DNA of 64,000 bases. It comes from an uncultured Lachnospiraceae bacterium (GTDB taxonomy: Bacteria; Bacillota; Clostridia; Lachnospirales; Lachnospiraceae). The position numbers and the translations under genes were made by a program. Where the stretch lies: contig CAMWSU010000001.1 in the NCBI GenBank assembly GCA_947176965.1, positions 68,888 to 132,887 on the forward strand, written 5' to 3'. Shown one piece after another: positions 26,119-37,453 of the stretch (its first letter is position 1; each line of letters begins with the position of its first letter). The notes below the pieces were generated by a model. It did not search any database, was not told the DNA's origin, and saw only the letters and a list, made by a program, of their open reading frames with translations.

Positions 26119-27312
26119 ATGCTTGCAAAAAAATATCAGGAAATGTTATCGGCGAAGTCTGTGATCCGCAGCCTGTCGGAATATGCCACGGAGCGGGGAA
26201 AGCAGATCGGTTATGAAAACGTCTTTGATTACAGTCTGGGAAATCCTTCGGTCGAAGTGCCGCAGTCCTATACGGATACGTTGATCGCCATGCTGCGCGA
26301 CGAAAATTCGATGGCGCTGCACGGTTACAGCCCGACGCTGACGATTCCTGCCGTCAGAGAAGCAGTTGCGGAGAACTTAAACCGGCGTTTTGGCATGAAT
26401 TACCAAAAAGAGCATATCTTTATGGTGAGCGGTGCTGCGGGTGCGATCGCGCATGCGATCCGTTTGGTGACGTCGCCCGGAGATGAGATTTTGACGTTTG
26501 CTCCTTTTTTCCCGGAATACCATCCGTATGTGGATTTAAGCGGTGCGTGCCTGCGCGTCGTCCCTGCGCATACAGAGGATTTTCAGATTCATTTTGAGGC
26601 GTTTGACGCCATGATGAATGAGCGGGTCATGGCGGTGCTCATTAATACGCCGAATAATCCTTCGGGCGTGGTCTATTCGGCGCAGACGCTGCAGCATCTT
26701 TCCGCATATCTGCATGAGAAGCAGGAGGAATACGGACATGAGATTTATCTGATCTCCGACGAGCCGTACCGGGAAATCGCATTTGACGGCAAAAGCGTTC
26801 CCTATCCCGCTAATTATTATGAGAATACAATCACCTGTTATTCGTGGTCGAAATCCCTATCCGTGCCGGGAGACCGGATCGGTTATGTGGCGGTTCACCC
26901 CGCATGCCCGGACGCAGAGCTGATGATTCAGATGTGCGGGCAGATTTCGCGCGGAATCGGTCATAACTGCCCGACAGCCATGGTGCAGCTTGCGGTTGCT
27001 AAAAATCTGGACGCCGTTGCGGATCTGTCCGTCTATGAAACCAATCGGAATATTCTGTATGACGAGCTTGTCTCGCTTGGCTTTACCGTCGTGCGCCCCG
27101 CAGGAACGTTTTATATTTTCCCGAAAGCGCTTGAAGAGGATGCCGTTTCTTTTTGCGAGAAAGCAAAGAAGTATGATCTCATCCTTGTGCCGGGAGACAG
27201 CTTTGGCTGCCCGGGCTATTTCCGCATGGCATATTGTATTGACACGGAGAAGGTGGAGCGTTCCCTTGACGCGCTCAGACGCTTTGTGCGGGAAGAATAT
27301 CAATCATCATAA
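26119..27312 (+). CDS. PLP-dependent class I/II aminotransferase (AspC/AlaT-like)
   Basis: The fold-type I pattern includes INTPNNPSG and the lysine motif YSWSKSLSVPGDRIGY. Confidence 0.85.
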   Translation: MLAKKYQEMLSAKSVIRSLSEYATERGKQIGYENVFDYSLGNPSVEVPQSYTDTLIAMLRDENSMALHGYSPTLTIPAVREAVAENLNRRFGMNYQKEHIFMVSGAAGAIAHAIRLVTSPGDEILTFAPFFPEYHPYVDLSGACLRVVPAHTEDFQIHFEAFDAMMNERVMAVLINTPNNPSGVVYSAQTLQHLSAYLHEKQEEYGHEIYLISDEPYREIAFDGKSVPYPANYYENTITCYSWSKSLSVPGDRIGYVAVHPACPDAELMIQMCGQISRGIGHNCPTAMVQLAVAKNLDAVADLSVYETNRNILYDELVSLGFTVVRPAGTFYIFPKALEEDAVSFCEKAKKYDLILVPGDSFGCPGYFRMAYCIDTEKVERSLDALRRFVREEYQSS

Positions 27313-27335
27313 GCAACCCATCGAAAGGAGCGGCT

Positions 27336-28163
27336 ATGCTTGAAATTCTGAAAGCAATCTTATTCGGTATCGTGGAGGGCATCACGGAGTGGCTTCCCAT
27401 CAGCAGTACGGGACATATGATCCTATTAAATGAGCTGGTGCCGCTTGGGGTATCCGATGAATTTTACAGCATGTTCGAGGTAGTGATCCAGCTTGGGGCT
27501 ATCATGGCGGTTGTCGTGCTTTTCTGGCAGAAAATATGGCCTTTTCAGTGGAAGGACAGGACGAAGCCCGTCATAAAAAAAGACATCTTTCTCATGTGGT
27601 TTCAGATCGTGGCAGCCTGCATTCCCGCGGCGGTTGTCGGACTGTTGTTTGACGACGTGTTGGAAAAATACCTTTATAATTATGTTGTGGTCGCATTGGC
27701 GCTCATTGTGTTTGGCATTGCATTCATCGTGGTGGAAAACCGAAACCGCGGAATGCGCCCGGCTGTGACGAGCCTGCGGCAGATGACATATAAGACGGCG
27801 CTGATCATCGGACTGTTTCAGTTGATCGCCGCGGTGTTTCCGGGGACGTCCCGTTCGGGGGCGACCATCGTTGGCGCACTTATGATCGGGGTGTCAAGAA
27901 CCGTGGCAGCGGAGTTCACGTTCTTTCTGGCGATTCCGGTGATGCTCGGGGCAAGCCTGCTAAAACTGGTAAAGTACGGTTTTGCATTTACGGGACAGGA
28001 AGTATGGATTCTTTTGACCGGAATGCTTGTTGCGTTTGTCGTCTCGCTTTTTGTGCTGAAATTCCTGATGGACTATATTAAAAAGCATGATTTTAAGGTT
28101 TTCGGCTACTATCGGATCGCGCTTGGCGCGTTGGTGCTGCTTTTCTTCCTGATTTTCAGGTAG
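27336..28163 (+). CDS. uppP: Undecaprenyl-diphosphate phosphatase
   Basis: AILFGIVEGITEWLPISSTGHM and PGTSRSGATI are the BacA/UppP signature motifs. 8-TM profile. Confidence 0.93.
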   Translation: MLEILKAILFGIVEGITEWLPISSTGHMILLNELVPLGVSDEFYSMFEVVIQLGAIMAVVVLFWQKIWPFQWKDRTKPVIKKDIFLMWFQIVAACIPAAVVGLLFDDVLEKYLYNYVVVALALIVFGIAFIVVENRNRGMRPAVTSLRQMTYKTALIIGLFQLIAAVFPGTSRSGATIVGALMIGVSRTVAAEFTFFLAIPVMLGASLLKLVKYGFAFTGQEVWILLTGMLVAFVVSLFVLKFLMDYIKKHDFKVFGYYRIALGALVLLFFLIFR

Positions 28164-28394
28164 ATTTTCAGGCAAATTCTTTGTGCATTATTTATGAAAA
28201 AACTGGAAAAACCAAGGTCAAAAATATACAAACGCACGAAAGTTGCGTATTTTGTTTGACTTTTTGCTTCATATGCGATACAGTGCAACTGTATGAATTA
28301 TAGTAAATGCTTTGTTACCAGCGTGAAACGTTCGGCAATGAGGTAGCAAGTTAGAAAAGATAAGGAAGCACAGTGCATGTGTAAAGGAGGAAGT

Positions 28395-28814
28395 ATGGCT
28401 GAGACAAAGAAGCCTGTCACTGAGAAGGCAGCAGAAAAGGATGTAGTTGTAAAGGCAGAGGCAGCAGCACCCGCAGCAGTAAAGGATGAGGCGCCTGTTG
28501 TAAAGAAGAAACCGGGACGGAAGCCGGGTTCTAAGACGAAGAAGACGACGGAGAAGAAAGCTCCTGCAGCAAAGAAAGTGGCAGCGGAGAAGAAGGAGAC
28601 CGTAAAGAGAAGTGCAAAGAACAGTCTCACCTTAGAGTGGGAAGGACGCTCCCTTACGGAAGATTCTCTGATTCAGAGCGCAAAGGATGTGTGGGTTCAT
28701 GATCTCGGCAGAGACATTAAGGATTTCAAGTCCGCAGAGCTCTATGTAAAGCCGGCTGATAGAGCAGTTTATTATGTCATCAACGGCGATGTAACGGGCA
28801 GCTTTGGCCTGTAA
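28395..28814 (+). CDS. Small protein with histone-H1-like K/A/P-rich N-terminus and a conserved ~60-aa C-terminal domain (unknown function)
   Basis: ATG 28395 follows AAAGGAGG. The N-terminal half is KKPVTEKAAEK...VKKKPGRKPGSKTKKTTEKKAPAAKKVAAEKK. The C-terminal half is LTLEWEGRSLTEDSLIQSAKDVWVHDLGRDIKDFKSAELYVKPADRAVYYVINGDVTGSF. It has its own putative promoter and terminator. Confidence 0.6.
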   Translation: MAETKKPVTEKAAEKDVVVKAEAAAPAAVKDEAPVVKKKPGRKPGSKTKKTTEKKAPAAKKVAAEKKETVKRSAKNSLTLEWEGRSLTEDSLIQSAKDVWVHDLGRDIKDFKSAELYVKPADRAVYYVINGDVTGSFGL

Positions 28815-28886
28815 GAAAGAGCGGGGGAATTCGTTCAAAAAGAGAATGTGAATCGCCGCATTTTCAAAAATAAAGGAATGAAATCA

Positions 28887-28928
28887 ATACACCGTGTTAC
28901 CGGCTGGTATCGGCGGTGTATTTTTTTT
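28887..28928 (+). terminator. Rho-independent terminator
   Basis: ATACACCG...CGGTGTAT stem followed by T8. Confidence 0.85.
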
Positions 28929-28962
28929 ATGTATTTTTTATCATTATTTTTTCAAAAATGAG

Positions 28963-28991
28963 TTGACAATATAGAGGGTAAGTGATAACTT
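28963..28991 (+). promoter_or_regulatory. SigA-type promoter of the hrcA-grpE-dnaK-dnaJ operon
   Basis: TTGACA (28963-28968), a 17-nt spacer, then the extended -10 TGaTAACTT. Confidence 0.6.
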
Positions 28992-29004
28992 ATGTATGAA
29001 GATA

Positions 29005-29031
29005 TTAGCACTCTATCGAAATGAGTGCTAA
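29005..29031. promoter_or_regulatory. CIRCE operator (HrcA binding site)
   Basis: TTAGCACTC-N9-GAGTGCTAA is a perfect match to the CIRCE consensus. It lies between the promoter and hrcA. Confidence 0.95.
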
Positions 29032-29056
29032 CAGGTAAAAGGGAAGGTGGTTACGG

Positions 29057-30097
29057 TTGGGGCAGGCAGTACTGGACGAAAGAAAAATGAAAATTCTGCA
29101 GGCGATCATCCGCAATTATCTTGAGACGGGAGAGCCGGTCGGAAGCAGAACGATTTCCAAATATACCGATTTGAATCTAAGCTCGGCGACCATCCGCAAT
29201 GAGATGGCGGATTTAGAGGAACTGGGATACATCCTGCAGCCCCATACCTCGGCGGGGCGGATTCCGTCGGATAAAGGCTATCGCCTGTATGTGGATCACA
29301 TGATGGCGGATAAGGAACGCGAAGTCAATGAGATGAAAGAGATGCTTCTTGAAAAAGAAGAAAAGATGGAGCGGCTTTTGCAGCAGGCAGCGAGGGTGCT
29401 TGCCACGAATACCAATTATGCCGCCATGATCTCCGCGCCGCAGATCGTTGGGAATAAGTTAAAGTTCATTCAGTTGACGAAGGTTGATGCGGGGCAGCTT
29501 TTGGCCGTGATCGTGGTTGAGGGTAATGTCATTAAGAATGAAATGTTCTCGGTGGAAGAGGAGCTTTCCGATGAGACCGTCTTAAAGCTCAATATTCTTT
29601 TAAATACACAGCTTGGAGGGCTTTCCGTCAATGAGATCAGTTTGGGTATGATCTCCGCCATGAAGCAGCAGGCGGGTATTCACAGCGGTATCGTGGGCGA
29701 CGTGATCGACGCGGTCGCGGGGGCGATCACATCGGATGAGGACCTTGAGATCTATACAAGCGGCGCCAATAATATTTTCCGGTATCCGGAGCTTGCCGAT
29801 CAGAAGCGCGCCAGCGAGCTGATCACGACGTTTGAGGAAAAGCAGGAATTGACTCAGATCGTGCAGGAGACGCTCTCGGACGATGAGAATACGGGCATCA
29901 AAGTTTATATCGGAGATGAGACGCCCGTGCAGCATATGAGGGACTGCAGTGTCGTGACGGCAACCTATGAGCTGGGCGAGGGCATGAAAGGAACGATCGG
30001 CATCATCGGTCCGAAGCGCATGGATTATGAGAAAGCAGTCGGCAGCCTAAAGACGGTGATGACGCAGCTGGAAGAAATATATAAGAAAAAGCAATAA
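29057..30097 (+). CDS. hrcA: Heat-inducible transcription repressor HrcA
   Basis: LDERKMKILQAIIRNYLETGEPVGSRTISK is the winged-helix N-terminus. TTG start behind GAAGGTGG. First gene of the dnaK operon. Confidence 0.93.
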   Translation: MGQAVLDERKMKILQAIIRNYLETGEPVGSRTISKYTDLNLSSATIRNEMADLEELGYILQPHTSAGRIPSDKGYRLYVDHMMADKEREVNEMKEMLLEKEEKMERLLQQAARVLATNTNYAAMISAPQIVGNKLKFIQLTKVDAGQLLAVIVVEGNVIKNEMFSVEEELSDETVLKLNILLNTQLGGLSVNEISLGMISAMKQQAGIHSGIVGDVIDAVAGAITSDEDLEIYTSGANNIFRYPELADQKRASELITTFEEKQELTQIVQETLSDDENTGIKVYIGDETPVQHMRDCSVVTATYELGEGMKGTIGIIGPKRMDYEKAVGSLKTVMTQLEEIYKKKQ

Positions 30098-30111
30098 AGG
30101 AGATGAGTCCC

Positions 30112-30921
30112 ATGTCAGAAAAGAAGGATGACAGGATGAAAGAGGAGCAGACCGCAGATGCGCAGCAGGAAGGCGCGCAGACATCGGATGACGCCCGGGC
30201 AGTAACGGAAAGCGACAGCGGGGCGTGCGGCGAACAAAGCGCTGGCGAGGCATCAGCAGAAGCGGAACAGAGCGAAGACGGCGATGAGGCTGTGGACGCG
30301 GAACAGTCCGAAAGCGCCGACAAGTCGCCGGAGGATAAGGAACAGACCGTAAACGACGGGGAGACTGCGGCGGATGCGGATGATGACGCGGAGACCGCGG
30401 ATGGTAAGGACACTTCCCATACAGATACGCCGAAAGAGAAGGAAGGCAAATTCTTTAAGAAGAATAAGAAACCGGATAAAAAGGATAAACAGCAGGAAAA
30501 GATAGAGGAGCTGGAGGATCGCGTCAGACGCCAGATGGCGGAATTTGAGAATTTCCGCAAGAGGACGGAAAAAGAAAAGACGATGATGTTTGAGACCGGC
30601 GCAAGAAGCGTGATAGAAAAGATCCTGCCGGTCGTCGATAATTTTGAACGCGGTCTGGCGAGCGTTCCGGAAGAAGAAAAGAACAGCCCGTTCGCCGAGG
30701 GCATGAGCATGGTTTATAAGCAGTTGATCAATGAACTGGAAAAACTGGAAGTGCGGCCGATCGAGGCGGTCGGCAAGGAATTCGATCCTGATTTCCACAA
30801 CGCAGTCATGCAGGTGGAAAGTGAGGAGTATGAGTCCGGCATGATCGCACAGGAGCTGCAGAAGGGCTATACTTACCGCGACACCGTTGTCAGACACAGC
30901 ATGGTGGCAGTCGTGCCGTAG
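30112..30921 (+). CDS. grpE: Nucleotide exchange factor GrpE with ~125-aa acidic N-terminal extension
   Basis: The core is IEELEDRVRRQMAEFENFRKRTEKE...GYTYRDTVVRHSMVAV. ATG 30112 has better SD spacing than 30103. Confidence 0.9.
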   Translation: MSEKKDDRMKEEQTADAQQEGAQTSDDARAVTESDSGACGEQSAGEASAEAEQSEDGDEAVDAEQSESADKSPEDKEQTVNDGETAADADDDAETADGKDTSHTDTPKEKEGKFFKKNKKPDKKDKQQEKIEELEDRVRRQMAEFENFRKRTEKEKTMMFETGARSVIEKILPVVDNFERGLASVPEEEKNSPFAEGMSMVYKQLINELEKLEVRPIEAVGKEFDPDFHNAVMQVESEEYESGMIAQELQKGYTYRDTVVRHSMVAVVP

Positions 30922-31049
30922 GCGGTAAGGAAGCTGACGCAGAATCGCCGGGTGGCGCAATCGGGCGGACCTGTGACAGGACGGATCGTGTAAAAAGCCG
31001 GAAACGGATTTTTATAGACTAAAACAAAGAATTTTCAGATCGTATTTGA

Positions 31050-32939
<1,890 letters not shown>

Positions 32940-32944
32940 CACAT

Positions 32945-34123
32945 ATGGCAGAACAGAAACGGGATTATTACGAGGTGCTTGGAGTCGGCAAGAATGCCGA
33001 TGAAGCAGAGATTAAAAAAGCATATCGTGTACTGGCTAAAAAATATCATCCCGATATGAATCCGGGTGACAAAGAGGCGGAAAAGAAGTTTAAGGAAGCG
33101 TCCGAGGCTTATGCAGTCTTAAGCGACCCGGAAAAGCGCAGGCAGTACGACCAGTTCGGGCATGCGGCGTTCGAGGGCGGCGCGGGAGGAGGCGGCTTCG
33201 GCGGTTTTGACTTCAGCGGCGCAGATTTCGGCGATATATTCGGTGATATATTCGGCGATCTGTTCGGCGGAGGACGGCGTTCGGGAAGATCGGGCAACGG
33301 ACCGATGCGCGGGCGCAATGTGAGAACGAGCATCCGCATCAGCTTTGTGGAAGCGGTGTTCGGCGCGGAAAAAGAGATCGAGATACCGTACAAGGAAGAG
33401 TGCAAGACCTGTCACGGAAGCGGTGCGAAGCCGGGAAGCGGTCCTGTCACCTGTGATAAATGTAAGGGCTCCGGACAGATTGTTTACACACAGAACAGCT
33501 TTTTCGGAACGGTCAGGAATGTGCAGGCATGCCCTGATTGTAACGGAACGGGAAAGGTCATAAAGGACAAATGTCCCGACTGCCACGGCTCCGGTTATCA
33601 TTCCATCCGCAAAAAGATCATGGCGATCATTCCGGCGGGAATCGATAACGGGCAGGCATTCCGCATTTCCGATATGGGAGAGCCGGGAACGAACGGTGGG
33701 CCGCGCGGAGATGTGCTTGTGGAATGTCAGGTGATGCGTCACCCGATCTTCCAGCGCGATGGTGTGGATATTTATTCGACCGTACCGATTTCATTCGCGA
33801 TCGCCGCGCTTGGCGGCGAGGTACTTGTCGATACGCTTGACAGCAGGATTGCCTACACGATCAAGCCGGGAACCCAGACGGACACCCGCGTTGTCCTAAA
33901 ACGCAAGGGTGTGCCGAATGTTCATAACAAGGAGCAGCGAGGCAACCATTATGTCACGTTCGTGGTGCAGGTGCCGGATAAGCTGTCCGCAAAAGCACGC
34001 GATCTGCTGACGGAGTTTGATTCCATGACGGGCGACAGCTTAAATGAGGTCAAACGCGTAACAGGTACGAAGGCGGGCGGAGAAACGCAGAAAGAGACAA
34101 AGAAGAAAAAGAAATTTTTCTGA
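32945..34123 (+). CDS. dnaJ: Co-chaperone DnaJ
   Basis: J-domain with HPD ([11 protein letters not shown]), a G/F-rich region, and four CxxCxGxG zinc-finger repeats. Confidence 0.97.
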   Translation: MAEQKRDYYEVLGVGKNADEAEIKKAYRVLAKKYHPDMNPGDKEAEKKFKEASEAYAVLSDPEKRRQYDQFGHAAFEGGAGGGGFGGFDFSGADFGDIFGDIFGDLFGGGRRSGRSGNGPMRGRNVRTSIRISFVEAVFGAEKEIEIPYKEECKTCHGSGAKPGSGPVTCDKCKGSGQIVYTQNSFFGTVRNVQACPDCNGTGKVIKDKCPDCHGSGYHSIRKKIMAIIPAGIDNGQAFRISDMGEPGTNGGPRGDVLVECQVMRHPIFQRDGVDIYSTVPISFAIAALGGEVLVDTLDSRIAYTIKPGTQTDTRVVLKRKGVPNVHNKEQRGNHYVTFVVQVPDKLSAKARDLLTEFDSMTGDSLNEVKRVTGTKAGGETQKETKKKKKFF

Positions 34124-34249
34124 TCAGGTAATGGTAAGGGGCGTGAACAATTCGGGTTTGCGCCCTTGTCTTTTATGAAAAATCCATATATACTGTAACA
34201 GAACAGTCCGCGGGAAAACGGACGGCAAAGAAAGCGGGGGGATGCAGCG

Positions 34250-35242
34250 ATGAAGTGGACGGCATTCAGGATCAAGACGGTGACGGAGGCGGAGGACATT
34301 TTGATCAGCACGCTCTATGACATTGGGCTTGAAGGCGCGCAGATCGAGGACAAGGTTCCTTTGACGGCAGCGGATAAGGAGCGGATGTTCGTGGATATTC
34401 TTCCTGATACCGCGGAAGATGACGGGATCGCCTATGTGACGTTTTTTGTGGAGACGGATGAGGACGGACTGCTTCTTCTTTCGGGGGAAAAGACGACGAA
34501 GCAGGAACTTCTTTCGCGCATCGAGCAGGAGATGGACGATCTTCGCGGCTTTATGGAGCTGGGAGAGGGGACGATCTCATTGTCCGAGACGGAGGACATT
34601 GACTGGATCAATAACTGGAAACAGTATTTTCATCAATTCTATATCGACGATCTGCTTGTGATCCCGTCATGGGAGGCAGTCAGACCGGGGGACAGGGACA
34701 AGAAAGTCCTGCATATCGACCCCGGTACGGCGTTCGGAACGGGCATGCATGAGACGACGCAGCTCTGCATCCGCCAGATCAGAAAATATATGACAAACGA
34801 GACGGCGCTTTTAGACGTCGGTACGGGAAGCGGCATTCTTGGCATCATTGCGCTCATGTATGGGGCGAAGCGTGTGACCGGCACGGATATTGACCCGTGC
34901 GCGGAGCAGGCGGTTTCTGAAAATCTTTCGGCGAACGGCATTGACGCATCGAGGTTTGAACTGCTGATCGGGAACCTCATTACCGATGAGAAGCTTCGGG
35001 AATGCGTCGGCGATGAGCAGTATGACATTGTCACTGCGAATATCTTAGCGGATGTGCTTGTACCTCTGACACCCGTGATCACGCGGCATATCAAGCCGGG
35101 CGGCTATTATATCACGTCGGGTATCATCAATGAGAACCATAAGGAACAGGATGTGCGGGACGCGATGCTTGCAGCGGGCTTAGAGATCGTGGAAGTGACC
35201 TATCAGGGCGAGTGGGTGAGCGTGACCGGGCGGCGCAAGTGA
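34250..35242 (+). CDS. prmA: Ribosomal protein L11 methyltransferase
   Basis: IDPGTAFGTGMHETTQLC and LDVGTGSGILGI motifs. It sits after dnaJ, as in Bacillus. Confidence 0.93.
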   Translation: MKWTAFRIKTVTEAEDILISTLYDIGLEGAQIEDKVPLTAADKERMFVDILPDTAEDDGIAYVTFFVETDEDGLLLLSGEKTTKQELLSRIEQEMDDLRGFMELGEGTISLSETEDIDWINNWKQYFHQFYIDDLLVIPSWEAVRPGDRDKKVLHIDPGTAFGTGMHETTQLCIRQIRKYMTNETALLDVGTGSGILGIIALMYGAKRVTGTDIDPCAEQAVSENLSANGIDASRFELLIGNLITDEKLRECVGDEQYDIVTANILADVLVPLTPVITRHIKPGGYYITSGIINENHKEQDVRDAMLAAGLEIVEVTYQGEWVSVTGRRK

Positions 35243-35274
35243 GATAGGGGGCTTTTGACGCCTAAATTGATTTG

Positions 35275-35478
35275 TGTCATTGCGGAATGAAGTCCATAAC
35301 GGATATGGTTGTACAAATATGCAAGTCCGTAAGCAGGGCACTGTGAGACCGCCAGTACTTATATGCGGTATTTTCGCATGTTACGTACTGCTGCGGTCGA
35401 GCTGTAGCGAAAGCGTGCCTGCGAAGGATTGCATATTTGTACAGCCTCGAAATTAGATTTACGCGTCTCGCAATGACA
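35275..35478. other. ~204-nt rod-like imperfect palindrome (candidate structured ncRNA or MITE-like insertion)
   Basis: The outer 10-bp stem is TGTCATTGCG/CGCAATGACA, followed by a 25x25-nt internal loop and a perfect 15-bp stem TGTACAAATATGCAA/TTGCATATTTGTACA. Next come GCAGG/CCTGC, CAC/GTG, GACCGC/GCGGTC and CAGTAC/GTACTG, with an apical hairpin ATGCG-GTATTTT-CGCAT. All pairs are Watson-Crick. Confidence 0.5.
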
Positions 35479-35511
35479 TAAGATCCGGAGATACGTTTGA
35501 AGGAGACGCCT

Positions 35512-36261
35512 ATGTATCATTTTTTTGTGGAGCCGTCGCAGATCGACGTGGAAAGACGCCGCGTCGTGATCACGGGGGAGGATGTGAACCATATCGTGAA
35601 CGTGCTGCGCATCAGGCAGGGAGAGGAGCTTGCCGTCAGCAACGGTGTGGACGGAAAGGAATACCGCTGTGAGGTGCACGCGTTTGATCAGGAGCGGGTA
35701 GAGTGCGTGCTCCGTTTTATCAAAGAGGACGGCGTGGAGCTGCCCGCAAGGGTGCGGCTGTTTCAGGCGCTGCCGAAAGCGGATAAAATGGAGCTCATCA
35801 TACAGAAGGCGGTGGAGCTCGGCGTTTATGAGATCATTCCCGTTGCGTCGGGGCGCTGCGTCGTGAAGCTGGATGCGAAGAAAGAGGCATCGAAGCTGGC
35901 ACGCTGGAATGCCATTGCGGAGGCGGCGGCAAAACAGAGCAGGCGCGCGCTGATCCCGAAGGTCAGTCACGTTGTTTCTTTTGCCGATGCGGTGAAAGAA
36001 GCGGCAGGGGCGGATGTGAAAATGATCCCCTATGAGCTTGCCGCGGATATGGAACGCACAAGAGAGCTGATCGGCAGCATCCGTCCCGGCTCGCAGATCG
36101 CGGTCATGATCGGACCGGAGGGCGGTTTTGAGGAGACGGAGATCGAACAGGCAAAAGCGGCGGGGATCGTGCCCGTGACATTGGGCAGGCGTATCCTGCG
36201 TACGGAAACGGCAGGCTTCACTGTCATGGCATGGCTCATGTATCATTTGGAGACGCCTTAG
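35512..36261 (+). CDS. rsmE: 16S rRNA (uracil1498-N3)-methyltransferase RsmE
   Basis: MYHFFVEP...GEDVNHIVNVLRIRQGEEL (PUA-like) and IGPEGGFEETEIE (SPOUT knot). ATG 35512 follows AAGGAG. Confidence 0.92.
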   Translation: MYHFFVEPSQIDVERRRVVITGEDVNHIVNVLRIRQGEELAVSNGVDGKEYRCEVHAFDQERVECVLRFIKEDGVELPARVRLFQALPKADKMELIIQKAVELGVYEIIPVASGRCVVKLDAKKEASKLARWNAIAEAAAKQSRRALIPKVSHVVSFADAVKEAAGADVKMIPYELAADMERTRELIGSIRPGSQIAVMIGPEGGFEETEIEQAKAAGIVPVTLGRRILRTETAGFTVMAWLMYHLETP

Positions 36262-36298
36262 AATATAGTAATATATATTGGAATGAGAGAAGACAGAA

Positions 36299-37453
36299 AT
36301 GAAATGTTATTTTGATAATTCGGCGACCACGAGATGCTTTGACAGCGTTGCTGAAATTGTAGATCAGGTCATGCGTATGGATTACGGAAATCCGTCAAGT
36401 CTGCATACAAAGGGTGTGGAGGCGGAGCAGTATGTCCGCTATGCGAAGGAACAGATCGCGAAAAGCTTAAAAGTACAGGAAAAAGAGATTCTTTTTACAT
36501 CGGGAGGAACGGAAGCGGATAATCTGGCGATCATCGGTGCGGCAATGGCAAACTACCGCAGGGGAAGGCATCTGATCACAACACAGATCGAGCATCCCGC
36601 TGTTTTGCAGACAATGAATTATTTAGAGAGTCTCGGCTACGGCGTTACTTACCTGCCCGTGGATGCATACGGGCGTATCCGTATCGAGGAGCTGGAGGCG
36701 GCGACCACACCGGAAACGATCCTTGTTTCCATCATGCATACGAATAATGAAATCGGAAGTGTCATGCCGATTGCGGAGGCGGGCAGAGTCATCAAGCAGA
36801 AAAACCCGCAGACCCTGTTTCATGTGGATGCGGTGCAGGGATACGGAAAATGCCGCATTTATCCGAAAAAAGAAGGGATCGATCTGTTGTCGGTGAGCGG
36901 GCATAAGATTCATGCGCCGAAAGGAATCGGGTTCCTGTATGTCGGTGAGAAAGTAAAGATCAAGCCGATCTTGTTTGGCGGCGGGCATCAGGGCGGCATG
37001 CGCTCCGGAACGGAGAACGTTGTGGGGATCGCCGGACTCGGAAGAGCGGTCGAGGGGATTTTTGCGCATCTGGATGAGGATGTGGACCGTCTGTATGAGT
37101 ATAAAGAATATTTTACGGAGCAGGTGCTGCGCATTCCCGATGTGACGCTGAACGGTCCGCGCGGGAGGGAAGGCTCGCCCCATATTGTGAGCCTGTCCGT
37201 AAAGGGTGTCCGGGCTGAGGTGCTGCTGCACAGCTTAGATGCCGAGGGAATTTGCATTTCTGCGGGGAGCGCCTGCTCGTCCCATAAACCGACGCCTTCC
37301 GCGACACTTCAGGCGATCGGCATCGAACGGGAGCTTTTGGAATCGACCGTGCGTTTCAGCTTTTCCTTAGACACCACGAAAGAACAGCTTGACTACGCGC
37401 TTTCCGTGCTGAATGAGCAGATTCCGAAACTGCGGCGCTATACAAGAAAATAG
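36299..37453 (+). CDS. Cysteine desulfurase (NifS/IscS class V aminotransferase), ThiI partner type
   Basis: FTSGGTEADN, SVSGHKIHAPKGIGFLY (PLP-Lys) and the active-site loop SAGSACSS. It sits directly upstream of thiI. Confidence 0.92.
   Translation: MKCYFDNSATTRCFDSVAEIVDQVMRMDYGNPSSLHTKGVEAEQYVRYAKEQIAKSLKVQEKEILFTSGGTEADNLAIIGAAMANYRRGRHLITTQIEHPAVLQTMNYLESLGYGVTYLPVDAYGRIRIEELEAATTPETILVSIMHTNNEIGSVMPIAEAGRVIKQKNPQTLFHVDAVQGYGKCRIYPKKEGIDLLSVSGHKIHAPKGIGFLYVGEKVKIKPILFGGGHQGGMRSGTENVVGIAGLGRAVEGIFAHLDEDVDRLYEYKEYFTEQVLRIPDVTLNGPRGREGSPHIVSLSVKGVRAEVLLHSLDAEGICISAGSACSSHKPTPSATLQAIGIERELLESTVRFSFSLDTTKEQLDYALSVLNEQIPKLRRYTRK

Noticed and set aside
35274-35456. 60-aa ORF inside the prmA-rsmE palindromic element, considered as a possible type I toxin (hydrophobic stretch VLICGIFACYVLL).
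   Set aside because: There is no SD before either possible start. The hydrophobic stretch is too short for a TM helix. The ORF simply tracks one arm of the hairpin, and the structure itself explains the sequence better.
35257-35512. Confident call of the palindromic element as 6S RNA or as a transposon-derived MITE.
   Set aside because: I cannot verify 6S signature nucleotides by eye, and the bubble sits asymmetrically near the closing stem. The inverted repeats are not at the termini of the direct-repeat-flanked segment, and no other copy exists in this window. It is kept only as an open hypothesis in the findings.
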